Source of the DNA: an uncultured Actinomycetes bacterium
GTDB taxonomy: Bacteria > Actinomycetota > Thermoleophilia > RBG-16-64-13
DNA: 64,000 bases
Assembly: GCA_903873715.1 (NCBI GenBank)
Contig: CAIQPS010000168.1
Span: 3,939 to 67,938 of the forward strand
Direction: 5' to 3'
The notes under the pieces are model-generated. The model ran no database searches and had not been told where the DNA came from. It saw only the letters and a list, made by a program, of their open reading frames with translations. A program made the position numbers and the translations under genes. The first letter of the stretch is position 1. Every line of letters begins with the position of its first letter. Below are positions 43,034 through 52,272 of this stretch, piece by piece.

Positions 43034-45639
43034 GCCACCCCCTTGTCCAGAGACGCGTCGTACTTCTCGATCTGGATGAGACAGGAGTTGTTCGCCATCC
43101 CCGAGGACATCGGAGTGATGAACCGCGAGGACGAGAGGACGTTCACGCAGCCACCGCGGTCGGACGACTCGCCCGGCGTCCCGATGGGGTCGTACTCGGC
43201 GCAGGACTCGTAGGAGTGAGCCACGCCCGGCGCCATCCGCTCGGTCACCTGCACGGAGAGGATCACGGACCCGCGGTCGTTGAACGCCCGGATGAGGTCG
43301 CCGTCGGCGATGCCGCGGGCGGCGGCGTCGGTGCTGCTGACCCGCATGATCCAGTAGTAACGGCCGTCGCTGTGCAGGACGCGGTGGTCCTTGATCTCGT
43401 TGGTCCAGCTGTCCTTGGCGTCGTTGTGGGTGTGGAAGGTGAAGCGCGGGTGCGGCATGATCAGCTGCAGCGGGTACTTGGCCTTCAGGTCGGTGGTGCG
43501 GTGGCCCTCCCAGCTCGGGATGTACTGCGGCCCCATCACCGGGCGCTCGGGGTCGACCAGGCCGGTGGCCTCAGCGCGCTTGAGGCTGTTGCTGACGAAC
43601 TCGATCTTGCCGGACTGCGTCTGCAGGCCCTTGTTCTGGACGACCTCCCAGGGAGCCGGGCCCCAGTCGGGGGTGTCGCGCTCCCGGTCTTCGGCGAACC
43701 AGCGCATGCCCGGAGTGGACTTACGGTCGGCCGGGCGGGGCGGCACCACGTAGTAGCCCTTCTTGACGAAGTCGTCCCAGGTGGTGACGGTCGGCAGGTC
43801 GGTGGCGTCGAAGGTGGCCTTGACCCAGCCGAGCTCGTCGCGGCCCATGGTGTACATGCCCTCGAGGCCCAGCCGGGCGGCGATGCCGCGGAAGATCTCG
43901 TAGTCGGATTTCGACTGGCCCAGCGGCTCGATGGCCTTGTGCTGCAGCACGATGATGCGGTGGTTGCACATCTGGGAGCTCTGGGTCACATAGCCGTTGG
44001 CCAGCGCCCACTCACCGATGTCCCAGCGCTCGAAGTTGGTGCAGGCCGGGAGGATGACGTCGGCGAACTTGGCCTCGCCCTCCATCCAGATGGCCTGGGA
44101 CACCACGAACGGCACTTTACCCTCGCGGTAGGCCTTCACGTGCTTGTTGGTCTCGGTCATGGTGCCGAAGAACGAGCCGCCGAAGCGATAGTACATCTGG
44201 GCCATGGAGTAGCCGGGCGCCGGATACTGGAACTTGTGGAACTGCGCCTCGATGTGCGACCCGGTGAAGCCCTTGCCGTACCACTCGTTCGGCTGGTGCA
44301 TCATGATCTCGGGGGTGCGCAGACGGTAGCCGATCGACCCTTCGGCCGAGCGGTGCGGCAGCGAGAAGGCCCCGCCCCGCGGGAACATCCGGTAGGCGAA
44401 GTCCTTGCCGGCGGCGCTGTTGCCCAGGTCGCCGGAGATGCCGCCCTCGGTGTAGCCGGGGAAGAAGAAGGTGTCGTCCTGGGGCGGGCCGTAGCTGGTG
44501 CTCCACAGGTTGCTGCCCGGCGTGCCCAGGGCCTGCATGGTGGCGAGCGCGATCATCGCCCGCGGCCACTCGGCTCCGGTCGCCTGCCGGGCGGCGCCGC
44601 CCAGGCCGGCGAGGCCGCCCGCGGCCAGCATGGTCTTTTTGGAGGCCCACTCCCGGGCCAGCGCCCGGATGTCGCGGGCCAGCACGCCCGATTCAACCTC
44701 GGCCCATTCCGGGGTCTTCGGCTGGCCGTCGCTCTTGCCCAGCACGTAGTCCGTCCACTCCTCGAAGCCGACGGTCTTAGTGGCCACGTATTCCTTGTCG
44801 TACGTGCCTTCGGTGAGCCAGGTGTGAGCGATGGCCAGGGCCAGCGGCACGTCGGTGCCCGGCCGCGGGGCCAGCCACTTGTCCCCGATCTGGCCGGCGG
44901 TGTGGTTGAAGTACGGGTCGATGAAGATCATCTTCACGCCCAGGCCCTTGAGCCACCGCCGCCACGGCAGCGACTCGTAGCCCGCGTACACCCCGCCCTG
45001 CGTGGTGTCCGGGTCCGACGACCAGAAGACGATCATGTCCGTGTTCTTGAGCGAGTCCTCGAGCAGGTCGTAGCCCTCGAGGTTGCCGAGACGATGGGTG
45101 TTGCCCCACATGTGGGCGCCACCCCACAGCCACCCCTCCCAGCTGTCCGGGTTGGCCTCGATGTAGCTCATGCCCACCGCGTTGAGGAAGCGCTGGTAGC
45201 AGCTGAAGCGGTAGCCGACGTTGCCCCACATCTGATGGGAGCTGGGCTGGGTGAAGATGGCGCAGGGGCCGAACTCGCGCTTGACCCGGATGATCTCCTC
45301 GGCCACCATGTCCCAGGCTTCTTCCCAACTGATGGGCTCGTACCCGGACGTCCCGCGGTTGCCGATGTTACGGGCGCCCTTCGGGTCGAAGTCGACGCGC
45401 TTGAGCGGCGTGAGGATGCGCTTGGGCGAGTACACGATCGACCGGTGTCCGACGGTCCAGGGGCTCACGAGCGCCTTGCGCGGCGGCGTGAACTTCTTGC
45501 CCCGGGCATCGATCACCCACGAGGGCGAGTCGGTGTTGTCGAACTCCAAGGGGACCAGGCGGACGATCTTGCCGTCCTCCACGTCCACGAAGACCGGACC
45601 CCCGGTGGTGCAGTTGGTGAAGCGTTGCACCTCTCCCAT
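43030..45639 (-). CDS. molybdopterin (bis-MGD) enzyme large subunit, pyrogallol transhydroxylase / resorcinol hydroxylase family
   Basis: 869 aa (P. acidigallici AthL is about 875). It starts MGEVQRFTNCTTGGPVFVDVEDGKIVR. Blocks SSHQMWGNVGYR, NPDSWEGWLWGG, VFWSSDPD, ILPACTNFERWDI, MPHPRFTFH, YWIMRV..DA.ARGI..GDLIRAFNDRGSV, HSYESCAEYDP..DRGGCVN. No Fe-S Cys cluster and no Tat signal. Confidence 0.9.
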   Translation of the reverse strand: MGEVQRFTNCTTGGPVFVDVEDGKIVRLVPLEFDNTDSPSWVIDARGKKFTPPRKALVSPWTVGHRSIVYSPKRILTPLKRVDFDPKGARNIGNRGTSGYEPISWEEAWDMVAEEIIRVKREFGPCAIFTQPSSHQMWGNVGYRFSCYQRFLNAVGMSYIEANPDSWEGWLWGGAHMWGNTHRLGNLEGYDLLEDSLKNTDMIVFWSSDPDTTQGGVYAGYESLPWRRWLKGLGVKMIFIDPYFNHTAGQIGDKWLAPRPGTDVPLALAIAHTWLTEGTYDKEYVATKTVGFEEWTDYVLGKSDGQPKTPEWAEVESGVLARDIRALAREWASKKTMLAAGGLAGLGGAARQATGAEWPRAMIALATMQALGTPGSNLWSTSYGPPQDDTFFFPGYTEGGISGDLGNSAAGKDFAYRMFPRGGAFSLPHRSAEGSIGYRLRTPEIMMHQPNEWYGKGFTGSHIEAQFHKFQYPAPGYSMAQMYYRFGGSFFGTMTETNKHVKAYREGKVPFVVSQAIWMEGEAKFADVILPACTNFERWDIGEWALANGYVTQSSQMCNHRIIVLQHKAIEPLGQSKSDYEIFRGIAARLGLEGMYTMGRDELGWVKATFDATDLPTVTTWDDFVKKGYYVVPPRPADRKSTPGMRWFAEDRERDTPDWGPAPWEVVQNKGLQTQSGKIEFVSNSLKRAEATGLVDPERPVMGPQYIPSWEGHRTTDLKAKYPLQLIMPHPRFTFHTHNDAKDSWTNEIKDHRVLHSDGRYYWIMRVSSTDAAARGIADGDLIRAFNDRGSVILSVQVTERMAPGVAHSYESCAEYDPIGTPGESSDRGGCVNVLSSSRFITPMSSGMANNSCLIQIEKYDASLDKGVA

Positions 45640-45685
45640 CAGCTGTCCCTCCCTGATCGATGCCGCCGCAAACCGGCCTCAGCGT

Positions 45686-45712
45686 AACTAACTGAGCATT
45701 AGGTAGCAACTT
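45686..45712. promoter_or_regulatory. operator-like motif related to the 16.2-kb sites
   Basis: AACTAACTGAGCATTAGGTAGCAACTT shares AACTA.C...TAGGTAGC..CTT with site 1 at 16222. It lies in the divergent region between the molybdoenzyme operon and the TetR-type gene. The symmetry is weak. Confidence 0.25.
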
Positions 45713-45817
45713 AACGTACAATCAGTATGGTGTCAATCGGCGGCCCGGCTTGTAGTAGAGTAGGAGCGGCCGCGGCCGGTGCCCACCGGCCGGCAGGGTG
45801 ACCGAGGAGGAGCGGGA

Positions 45818-46696
45818 TTGGGCGTTTCAGTCAGGATGAACACGGAGGCTCGCAAACAGGAGATAGTCCGCGCCGCCCTCGAGACCATCGCCGAGCATGG
45901 CATCGAGGGGGCCACCGTGTCCCGCATCGCCAAGGGCGCCGGGATCACTTCGGCCGCGCTGTACTCTCACTTCGAGAACCGCCAGGCCATCCTCTTCGCC
46001 GCCCTCGATGTCGTCTACGACCAGGTCTTCGACAGCTTCCAGGCCAGCACGAGCGACGATCCCGTGGAGCGGATCCGTCAGATCTTCGAGAAACACGCGG
46101 ACAAGGTGCGCGACCAGGACCCCACCAGCCACGCCCACCTCTTCTTGGAGTTCGTGGCGTCGGCGCCGGAGGAGGGTCTGCGGGACGCCATCCGCGAGAA
46201 GGAGTTCGCCACCGCCTCCTACCTGGCGTCGATCGTCGAAGAGGCGCAGCAGCGGGAACGTCTCCCCCAGGACATCGACCCGGAGCTCGTCGCCTGGCTC
46301 ATCGCCGGATGGGCCTGGACCGGCGACGTCGCCAGTTCCATGGGCTTCAACGGCATCTGGTACGAGCGGGTATCGCCCCGGCTGATCGAATTCATCCTGG
46401 GGAGTCTCGCCGGAGGGGCGGGCGAGAGGGTGCCGGTCGCGCAGGCGCCGGCTCACTCGTTGCGGGAGGCCACGGTGGACGGTCTGCCTGAAGGTGCCGT
46501 CTTCACCCTCGAGGAGACTGCGGCCATCCTCAAGGTCGCCGAGGGAGCGGTCGAGCAGATGATCGCAGAGAAGCAACTCAAGTCCGTCCGGATAGCCGGC
46601 GCGGTCCGCATCCCCCGGCGGGCGCTGTTCGCCTGTCTGCGCGGCATGACCGCAGAGGAGTTCGACGCCTTCCTCGAGACCCGGACGCGCGCGTGA
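45818..46696 (+). CDS. TetR-family regulator with extra C-terminal excisionase/MerR-superfamily-type HTH
   Basis: The TetR_N HTH is IVRAALETIAEHGIEGATVSRIAKGAGITSAALYSHFENRQAIL. The C-terminal FTLEETAAILKVAEGAVEQMIAEKQLKSVRIAGAVRIPRRAL resembles HTH_17. TTG 45818 follows GAGGAGGAG; the alternative is ATG 45836. Confidence 0.75.
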   Translation: MGVSVRMNTEARKQEIVRAALETIAEHGIEGATVSRIAKGAGITSAALYSHFENRQAILFAALDVVYDQVFDSFQASTSDDPVERIRQIFEKHADKVRDQDPTSHAHLFLEFVASAPEEGLRDAIREKEFATASYLASIVEEAQQRERLPQDIDPELVAWLIAGWAWTGDVASSMGFNGIWYERVSPRLIEFILGSLAGGAGERVPVAQAPAHSLREATVDGLPEGAVFTLEETAAILKVAEGAVEQMIAEKQLKSVRIAGAVRIPRRALFACLRGMTAEEFDAFLETRTRA

Positions 46697-47916
46697 CGCG
46701 GCGCGGGCCCGGGACCGGCCTGGCTCTGTCCCTGATGCTGTTCATGGCCGTCCATGCCATGTTCATGTCGGTCATACCCATCGTCACCGACGACCTACAG
46801 AAGGGGTTCTCCTTCTCGGCTTCGCAGATCGGCCTGTTGACCTCGCTCTACATGGTGGCGTTCGCTCTCGGGTCCATCCCGATGGGCATCCTGGGCTCGC
46901 GATGGGGCGGGAAGGTCTTGCTCGCAGGTGTGGCCGTCATGGCGCTCGGAGCAGTCTTGTTCGCCTTCAGTTCGTCATATCCCTGGTTCATCGCCGCCCG
47001 CTTCGTTCAGGGCATCGGCGCCTCCGCCACCCTGCCCGTGGTCAACATGCTCGTCTCGCAGACGTTCGCCCCCACGGAGCGGGCCAAGGCCCTGGGGGTC
47101 TTCGGGGCCGGACTCGGCGTTGGGGTGATAGCCGGGCTGTTCGGCCTTCCCGGCCTCGCGGCGCACGGAGGCTACCGCGCGGTCTTCCTGGCTGTCGCGG
47201 GCGTGGCGCTCGTGGTGGGGATCGTCAACCTGGCGCAAAAGGCCCTCCGCCGCCATCCGCCCGGACGGCCGGAGTCGTTCTCGGTGGTCATCCGGCGTTC
47301 GGCCGGCATGGTGCGCAACCGCCGCCTTCTGCTCCTCATCGTGGTCAACATCGGCGCCTCGGGGATCATCGTGGGGCTGGTAGCGTGGACGCCCGCGTTC
47401 CTCCACGACATGCGCGGCGCGAGTCTCGCCGTCGCCGCGTACGTGAGCGCCGGGATCGGGGCCGCTCAGCTCATCGGCAACCCACTGGGCGCACGGTTGA
47501 TGCTCCACTGGGGCAAAGGGGCCATGTACGTGGTCTCGTTGGCGGCGATGGCGGTCTCGGCGGCCGTCATACCCCTCGTGCCCGGACTTGGAGCCGGCTT
47601 GGTGTTCATCCTCGTGGCGGGGTTCTTCAGCATGGCGGTCTTCCCCGCGATCCTTGCAGGGGCGGCCGACACCGCGCATCACCCCGACGACATCGGCCCG
47701 GCGACCGGCCTGCTGAACCTCACGAACCTTGTCGGGACCCTGCTCGCCCCCTGGCTGTTCGGCGTGCTCCTCGACACCTTCGGGGCGGGGCCGGAAGAGT
47801 CCGGTTTCAGGTCCGGCTATCTGCTGCTGGCGCTGTTCGCGCTCGTAGGCGTCGTGGGCGGAGTGGCCCTGACGGCCGCGTGGCGCAGAGCCGCCGCGGC
47901 GGAGCCTGCCGCCTGA
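46693..47916 (+). CDS. MFS transporter (12 TM)
   Basis: 407 aa and hydrophobic, with motif-A-like GILGSRWGGKVLL. The GTG start overlaps the regulator stop (GTGA). Confidence 0.8.
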   Translation: MTRRGPGTGLALSLMLFMAVHAMFMSVIPIVTDDLQKGFSFSASQIGLLTSLYMVAFALGSIPMGILGSRWGGKVLLAGVAVMALGAVLFAFSSSYPWFIAARFVQGIGASATLPVVNMLVSQTFAPTERAKALGVFGAGLGVGVIAGLFGLPGLAAHGGYRAVFLAVAGVALVVGIVNLAQKALRRHPPGRPESFSVVIRRSAGMVRNRRLLLLIVVNIGASGIIVGLVAWTPAFLHDMRGASLAVAAYVSAGIGAAQLIGNPLGARLMLHWGKGAMYVVSLAAMAVSAAVIPLVPGLGAGLVFILVAGFFSMAVFPAILAGAADTAHHPDDIGPATGLLNLTNLVGTLLAPWLFGVLLDTFGAGPEESGFRSGYLLLALFALVGVVGGVALTAAWRRAAAAEPAA

Positions 47917-47940
47917 TCTTCAGCCCGGGTCGGTGGGAAG

Positions 47941-48909
47941 CTACTCCGGGTCGGTGGCGCTGATAGCGACCGCAGGCTGAGGCGCGTTGCGCCGCCACCC
48001 CGCCAAAGCCAGCCCTATGATGCCGACGAGAGCGACCGCCATCCCGATGAGCTTCTGGGTGGCCGGCACCGACGAGAACACCACGTAGTTGAAGATGGTC
48101 ACCAGGATGGCGTTCGAGCCGATGATCGCGGTGGCCGGGCCTCCAGGGCCCTTCGTCACCGCCAGCTTGAGACACAGCATCCCCAACCCCAGCGTGAGGC
48201 CCGCCAGGATGGCCCAGAGGATCAACTTGGGCTCCTGCATCCCCGGCAGATGGCCGTAGCGGATGAGGCAGTAGCCGATGGCCAGCACGCCGCACACGCC
48301 CGCCGACAGCCACAGTATGGAGACGGCCGTCACGGAGTTGCTGCCGTAGTGGCCCGCGTACTTCAGCAGGAAGTTGGTGATCCCGAAGAGCACCAGCGTG
48401 GCGATGCCGTAGAGCAGCGCGTGAGTGCTCGCCGCGGAGCCGGCGGCCACCGCCATCACGACGATGCCGCCGACGATGACCACCATCCCCAGCAACTGCT
48501 TGTAGTTGAGCTTCTCGCGGAGCATCACGAAGGCTCCGAGGGCCACCAGCATCGAGTTGCCGGACGTTATGGCCACCACCGGACCACGCGAGCTCGGATC
48601 GCTGGCAAGACCGAGCTTGAGGGTGAGCATCCCCGCCGAGAGCGTGACGCCTGCGACCGCGGCTATCCATATGAACTTGCGGGAAGGGATGCCCTTGTAA
48701 CCGCGGCCCGTGGTCTTGAACATCACCGCGGCGACGACACCCACGAAGCCCATGGTGATCCACAGGACGAACGGCGCCGTGATGGGGGTGTCGGGGTTCT
48801 TGTCGCTCCATTCCACCAAAGCACCGAGGAGCGAGTTGGTGATGCCGTAGCAGAGGAACGAGCCGAGGGCGTAGGCCACCCAGACAGGGAAACGGGGTTT
48901 GGCACTCAT
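47941..48909 (-). CDS. DMT-superfamily-like membrane transporter (about 10 TM)
   Basis: 322 aa in two similar 5-helix halves. No precise family recognised. Confidence 0.65.
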   Translation of the reverse strand: MSAKPRFPVWVAYALGSFLCYGITNSLLGALVEWSDKNPDTPITAPFVLWITMGFVGVVAAVMFKTTGRGYKGIPSRKFIWIAAVAGVTLSAGMLTLKLGLASDPSSRGPVVAITSGNSMLVALGAFVMLREKLNYKQLLGMVVIVGGIVVMAVAAGSAASTHALLYGIATLVLFGITNFLLKYAGHYGSNSVTAVSILWLSAGVCGVLAIGYCLIRYGHLPGMQEPKLILWAILAGLTLGLGMLCLKLAVTKGPGGPATAIIGSNAILVTIFNYVVFSSVPATQKLIGMAVALVGIIGLALAGWRRNAPQPAVAISATDPE

Positions 48910-49036
48910 GGTGGTTTCCAGTGGAAGCTCTGGGGCGCTTCCGGTCGTGGTTGCGATTCCCGCTGAGACTAGGCATTCGGGGCGTCGATGTCAAATCTCA
49001 GCGGGGGATGTACGCCTATAGGGATACAATCGCGCA

Positions 49037-49939
49037 ATGAAAGCCGCCGCCCGACCCCGTGCCGCGTACCTGCCCGCCGTGGCGCTGGCCTTCCTGGCGT
49101 TGGTGTGGGGATACAACTGGGTGGTCATGAAGGTGGCCGTGCAGTACGCCGACCCGTTCGTCTTCTCCGCCCTGCGGAACTTCCTGGGTGGCCTGGCCCT
49201 CTTCGCCATCGTGGCGCTGCGCGGCGGGCCGTTCCGGCCCCCGCTGCCCCTCTGGCTGCTCACCGTGTTCGCGATCCTGCAGACGAGCATGTCCGGGGTG
49301 ACGATCTGGGCGCTGCAACTGGGGAGCGCCGGCAAGACCTCCATCCTCACCTACACGATGCCGTTCTGGATCCTCTTCATCGCCTGGCCGGTTCTGGGGG
49401 AGCGGATCCGGGGGGTGCAATGGGCGGCCGTGATCCTGGCGCTGGGCGGGCTGGTGTTCGTCCTCGAGCCGTGGGGGCTGCGAGGGCTGGCCGCGGGCCT
49501 GCTGGCCCTGTGGGGCGGCATCTGCTGGGCCATCGCTTCGGTGCTGCTCAAGGTCATCCGCAGGCGCTACCAGGTGGAGATCCTCTCTCTCACGGCCTGG
49601 CACACGTTGATAGGCTCCATCCCCCTGGTGGTGGCGGCGTTCTTCACCGCCGACCGCTGGCCTGTCTGGAATGGGACGCTCGTGGCCGCCATCGTCTACA
49701 ACGTCATCGTGGCCAGCGCGGTCGCCGGTCTGCTATGGCTGTACGTGCTGAGCAGCATGCCCGCCGGCGTCGCGGGCATCAGCAGCCTGGCCATCCCGGT
49801 CGTGGGCGTCCTATCCGCGTGGATCCAGCTGGGCGAGCGGCCGAGCACGGCCGAGGCCGTGGGAACAGGGCTGATAGTGGCGGCCCTCGCTGTGATGACG
49901 GCGCGCGGGCTTCGCGCCGCGCGCCAGACCGGCCCGTAG
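49037..49939 (+). CDS. EamA/DMT family transporter
   Basis: 300 aa with two EamA-like halves (LALVWGYNWVVMK..., ICWAIASVLLK...). Confidence 0.8.
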   Translation: MKAAARPRAAYLPAVALAFLALVWGYNWVVMKVAVQYADPFVFSALRNFLGGLALFAIVALRGGPFRPPLPLWLLTVFAILQTSMSGVTIWALQLGSAGKTSILTYTMPFWILFIAWPVLGERIRGVQWAAVILALGGLVFVLEPWGLRGLAAGLLALWGGICWAIASVLLKVIRRRYQVEILSLTAWHTLIGSIPLVVAAFFTADRWPVWNGTLVAAIVYNVIVASAVAGLLWLYVLSSMPAGVAGISSLAIPVVGVLSAWIQLGERPSTAEAVGTGLIVAALAVMTARGLRAARQTGP

Positions 49940-49965
49940 CCCGCCAGGCGGCCGGACCCGTCCGG

Positions 49966-50847
49966 CTAGCGGCCGCCCCCGGCAGGCCCGTGTTTCACGA
50001 ACGTGCCGTCCTCGAGTTCGCGCCACGCGACGTCGAGTTCATACGGGGAGTTCATCACGATGGGCCCTCGCCAGGCGATGGGCTCGCGCAGCGGCAGGCC
50101 TGAGGCCAGCAGGAAGCGGGCGCCACCCGGCCCCGCCGTGGCGGCGACGGCATCGCCGTCGCCGAACAGGACGATCCGGCCTGGGTCGGCCACCAGCGGC
50201 TCGCCTGAGGCCCCGCCGCCGAACCACGCTTCACCCTCGAACAGGTAGGCGAAGGCCGTGTGCCCCGCGGGCGCCGGGTGTTCCCAGGCCGCTCCGGACT
50301 CCAGCCGCACGTCCAGATACTCCGGGTCCGCGAAGATGTCGGCCACCGGCCCGGTCACCCCTCCCACCCGTCCGGCGATGACCCGCACGCGGGCTCCCGC
50401 CTGCTCGACCTCGGGGATCTGCGCCGCGGTGAGACCCTGGTAACGGGGGTCGGTCATCTTGTGCGCCGCCGGAAGGTTCAGCCACAACTGGAAGCCGCCC
50501 ATGCGGCCGCGGGCGTCGCCCCGGGGCATCTCCTGATGGATGATGCCGCTGCCCGCCGTCATCCACTGCACGTCGCCGGCCCCGATGGTCCCTTCGTTGC
50601 CCAGGGAATCGCCGTGATCAACCTCACCCTCGAGTACGTAGGTGATGGTCTCGATGCCCCTATGGGGATGCCAGGGGAATCCCCGCCGGTAATACTCGGG
50701 GTCGTCGCCGCGGAAGTCGTCCATCATCAGGAACGGGTCGAACTGCGTCTCGTCGCCGTTGCCGAAGGCCCGGTTGAGCCGGACCCCGGCGCCCTCCAGC
50801 GTGGGCCGGCTGCGGCGCGCGAAGGCCACGGGGCGTATCGTCGTCAT
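49966..50847 (-). CDS. pirin family protein (bicupin)
   Basis: FPWHPHRGIETITYVLEGEVDHGDSLGN metal-binding motif; 293 aa. The start overlaps the upstream stop (ATGA). Confidence 0.85.
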   Translation of the reverse strand: MTTIRPVAFARRSRPTLEGAGVRLNRAFGNGDETQFDPFLMMDDFRGDDPEYYRRGFPWHPHRGIETITYVLEGEVDHGDSLGNEGTIGAGDVQWMTAGSGIIHQEMPRGDARGRMGGFQLWLNLPAAHKMTDPRYQGLTAAQIPEVEQAGARVRVIAGRVGGVTGPVADIFADPEYLDVRLESGAAWEHPAPAGHTAFAYLFEGEAWFGGGASGEPLVADPGRIVLFGDGDAVAATAGPGGARFLLASGLPLREPIAWRGPIVMNSPYELDVAWRELEDGTFVKHGPAGGGR

Positions 50848-51773
50848 GAGAGCTCCTTCAAAGTGGCGTCCACCTGCTCGGCGTCCTCTTTCAGCTTCAT
50901 GGCGCAGGCGCTCAGAGACTCCCGTTCGTCCGGCGCCAGATCGAATCCCACTATCTCGCTGATGCCCGAGGCCCCGATCCGGGCCGGCACCCCCACGCTG
51001 AGGCCACTCAGACCGTATTCTCCGTCGAGCACGGCAGACACGGGGATCACGTCCCCAGTATCCCCAACGATGGCCTCCACCATGCGCGCCAGACCCACCG
51101 CGCAGGTCCAGCCGTTGGTGCGGCCCGTTTCCTTCTGCAGTTCCTCGACCCGCTTGAACGCCCGCGGGCGCGCTTCACGGATCGCCTCTTTCTCTTCCTC
51201 CGTGAAGGAGACCGGCCGCCCCCCGATGCGGACGCTGCTGAACAGCGGCACCTGTAGGGGCCCGTGCTCGCCGAGGACCGTCCCCTCCACGTCGCCCACC
51301 TCGGCCCCTTTGGCCGCGGCCACGAACTCGCGGAAGCGCAGGGAATCGTTGAGCGAGTAGCCGAGGATCTGCCGGCGCGCGAAGCCGCCGGCGCGCCAGG
51401 TCGCATAGTTGAGGGGATCCACCGGGTTGGTGGCGGTGATCACCACGGCTTCGGGGCAATGGGCCCGGATGTGCCCGGCGAGCTCCCGCAGCAGAAGGAC
51501 GTTGCCGGCCAGCATCCCGACGCGGTCCCCCGTGTGCGGCACGCCGGCCGCGTTGATGACGATGTCCGAACCGGCAAGGTCGGCGTAGCTCCCGGCCTTC
51601 ACGCGCACTCCCAGCATCGAGACGGCCGTCCGCATGTCGAGGGCGTGCTGCTCGGCGAGGGCTGCGCGGCGCCCACCGACGAGGACCACCTCGTCCGCCA
51701 GCCGTAGAGTGGCGATATGGAACGCCGCGGCCGACCCGACCCAGCCGCCACCGCCCAGGACCACGAGCTTCAC
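50844..51773 (-). CDS. lactate/malate dehydrogenase family 2-hydroxyacid dehydrogenase, atypical specificity loop
   Basis: MKLVVLGGGGWVG Rossmann start, ITATNPVD, LNDSLRFR, GEHG catalytic His block. The loop reads AGVPHTGDRVGML, with His where LDH has Gln and MDH has Arg. Confidence 0.75.
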   Translation of the reverse strand: MKLVVLGGGGWVGSAAAFHIATLRLADEVVLVGGRRAALAEQHALDMRTAVSMLGVRVKAGSYADLAGSDIVINAAGVPHTGDRVGMLAGNVLLLRELAGHIRAHCPEAVVITATNPVDPLNYATWRAGGFARRQILGYSLNDSLRFREFVAAAKGAEVGDVEGTVLGEHGPLQVPLFSSVRIGGRPVSFTEEEKEAIREARPRAFKRVEELQKETGRTNGWTCAVGLARMVEAIVGDTGDVIPVSAVLDGEYGLSGLSVGVPARIGASGISEIVGFDLAPDERESLSACAMKLKEDAEQVDATLKELS

Positions 51774-51831
51774 CGAGGGCCTCCCGCCGCCTGCTGCGCC
51801 CGGGTTGGCGCCATGCTACTCACGCCCCCCG

Positions 51832-52248
51832 TCAGGCGGTCGGCTGGATGACCTCGACGAGCGCCCCGTCGGGCCCCAGGAGGAAGGCCGCCCGCGAACC
51901 GGGTGCGTCGAACGGGCCCATCGCGATGGTGCCGCCGTGCTCCTCGAGTCGCGCCAATACCGCGTCCAGGTCCCGGGTCTGGAAGCACATGTGCTTGTTA
52001 CCCGTGGTCCGGATATCCTCGTTCGGGACGCTCCGTTCGGACGACGCCGCCTTGCCCTCGTCGTGCTGGAACAGCTCGATGGAGAAGTCGCCGCTCTTGA
52101 TGAACGCGATGTGCACGCCGAACTTCGCCAGGAAGTCCTCTTTGCGATCGAGTTCGAACCCCAGCACCTTGTCGAACCACTCGATGGCGGCGTCGAGATC
52201 GCTGACGCTCATCCCGAAATGGTGCGGGAGCACGATGACGTCCTTCAA
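51832..52248 (-). CDS. VOC (glyoxalase/bleomycin-resistance/dioxygenase) family protein
   Basis: 138 aa; HHFGMSVSDLDAAIEWF...GF...IELF...HMCF pattern of paired beta-alpha-beta-beta-beta modules. Confidence 0.7.
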   Translation of the reverse strand: MKDVIVLPHHFGMSVSDLDAAIEWFDKVLGFELDRKEDFLAKFGVHIAFIKSGDFSIELFQHDEGKAASSERSVPNEDIRTTGNKHMCFQTRDLDAVLARLEEHGGTIAMGPFDAPGSRAAFLLGPDGALVEVIQPTA

Positions 52249-52272
52249 AGGATCCTCCTCGGTGTGGCCGGC

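Noticed and set aside
48959-49005. 10-bp inverted repeat CCCGCTGAGA ... TCTCAGCGGG with a 27-nt spacer between the two divergent DMT-type transporter genes.
   Set aside because: It is real in the sequence, but it occurs once, has a long spacer and has no associated regulator. I cannot tell operator from chance or RNA structure.
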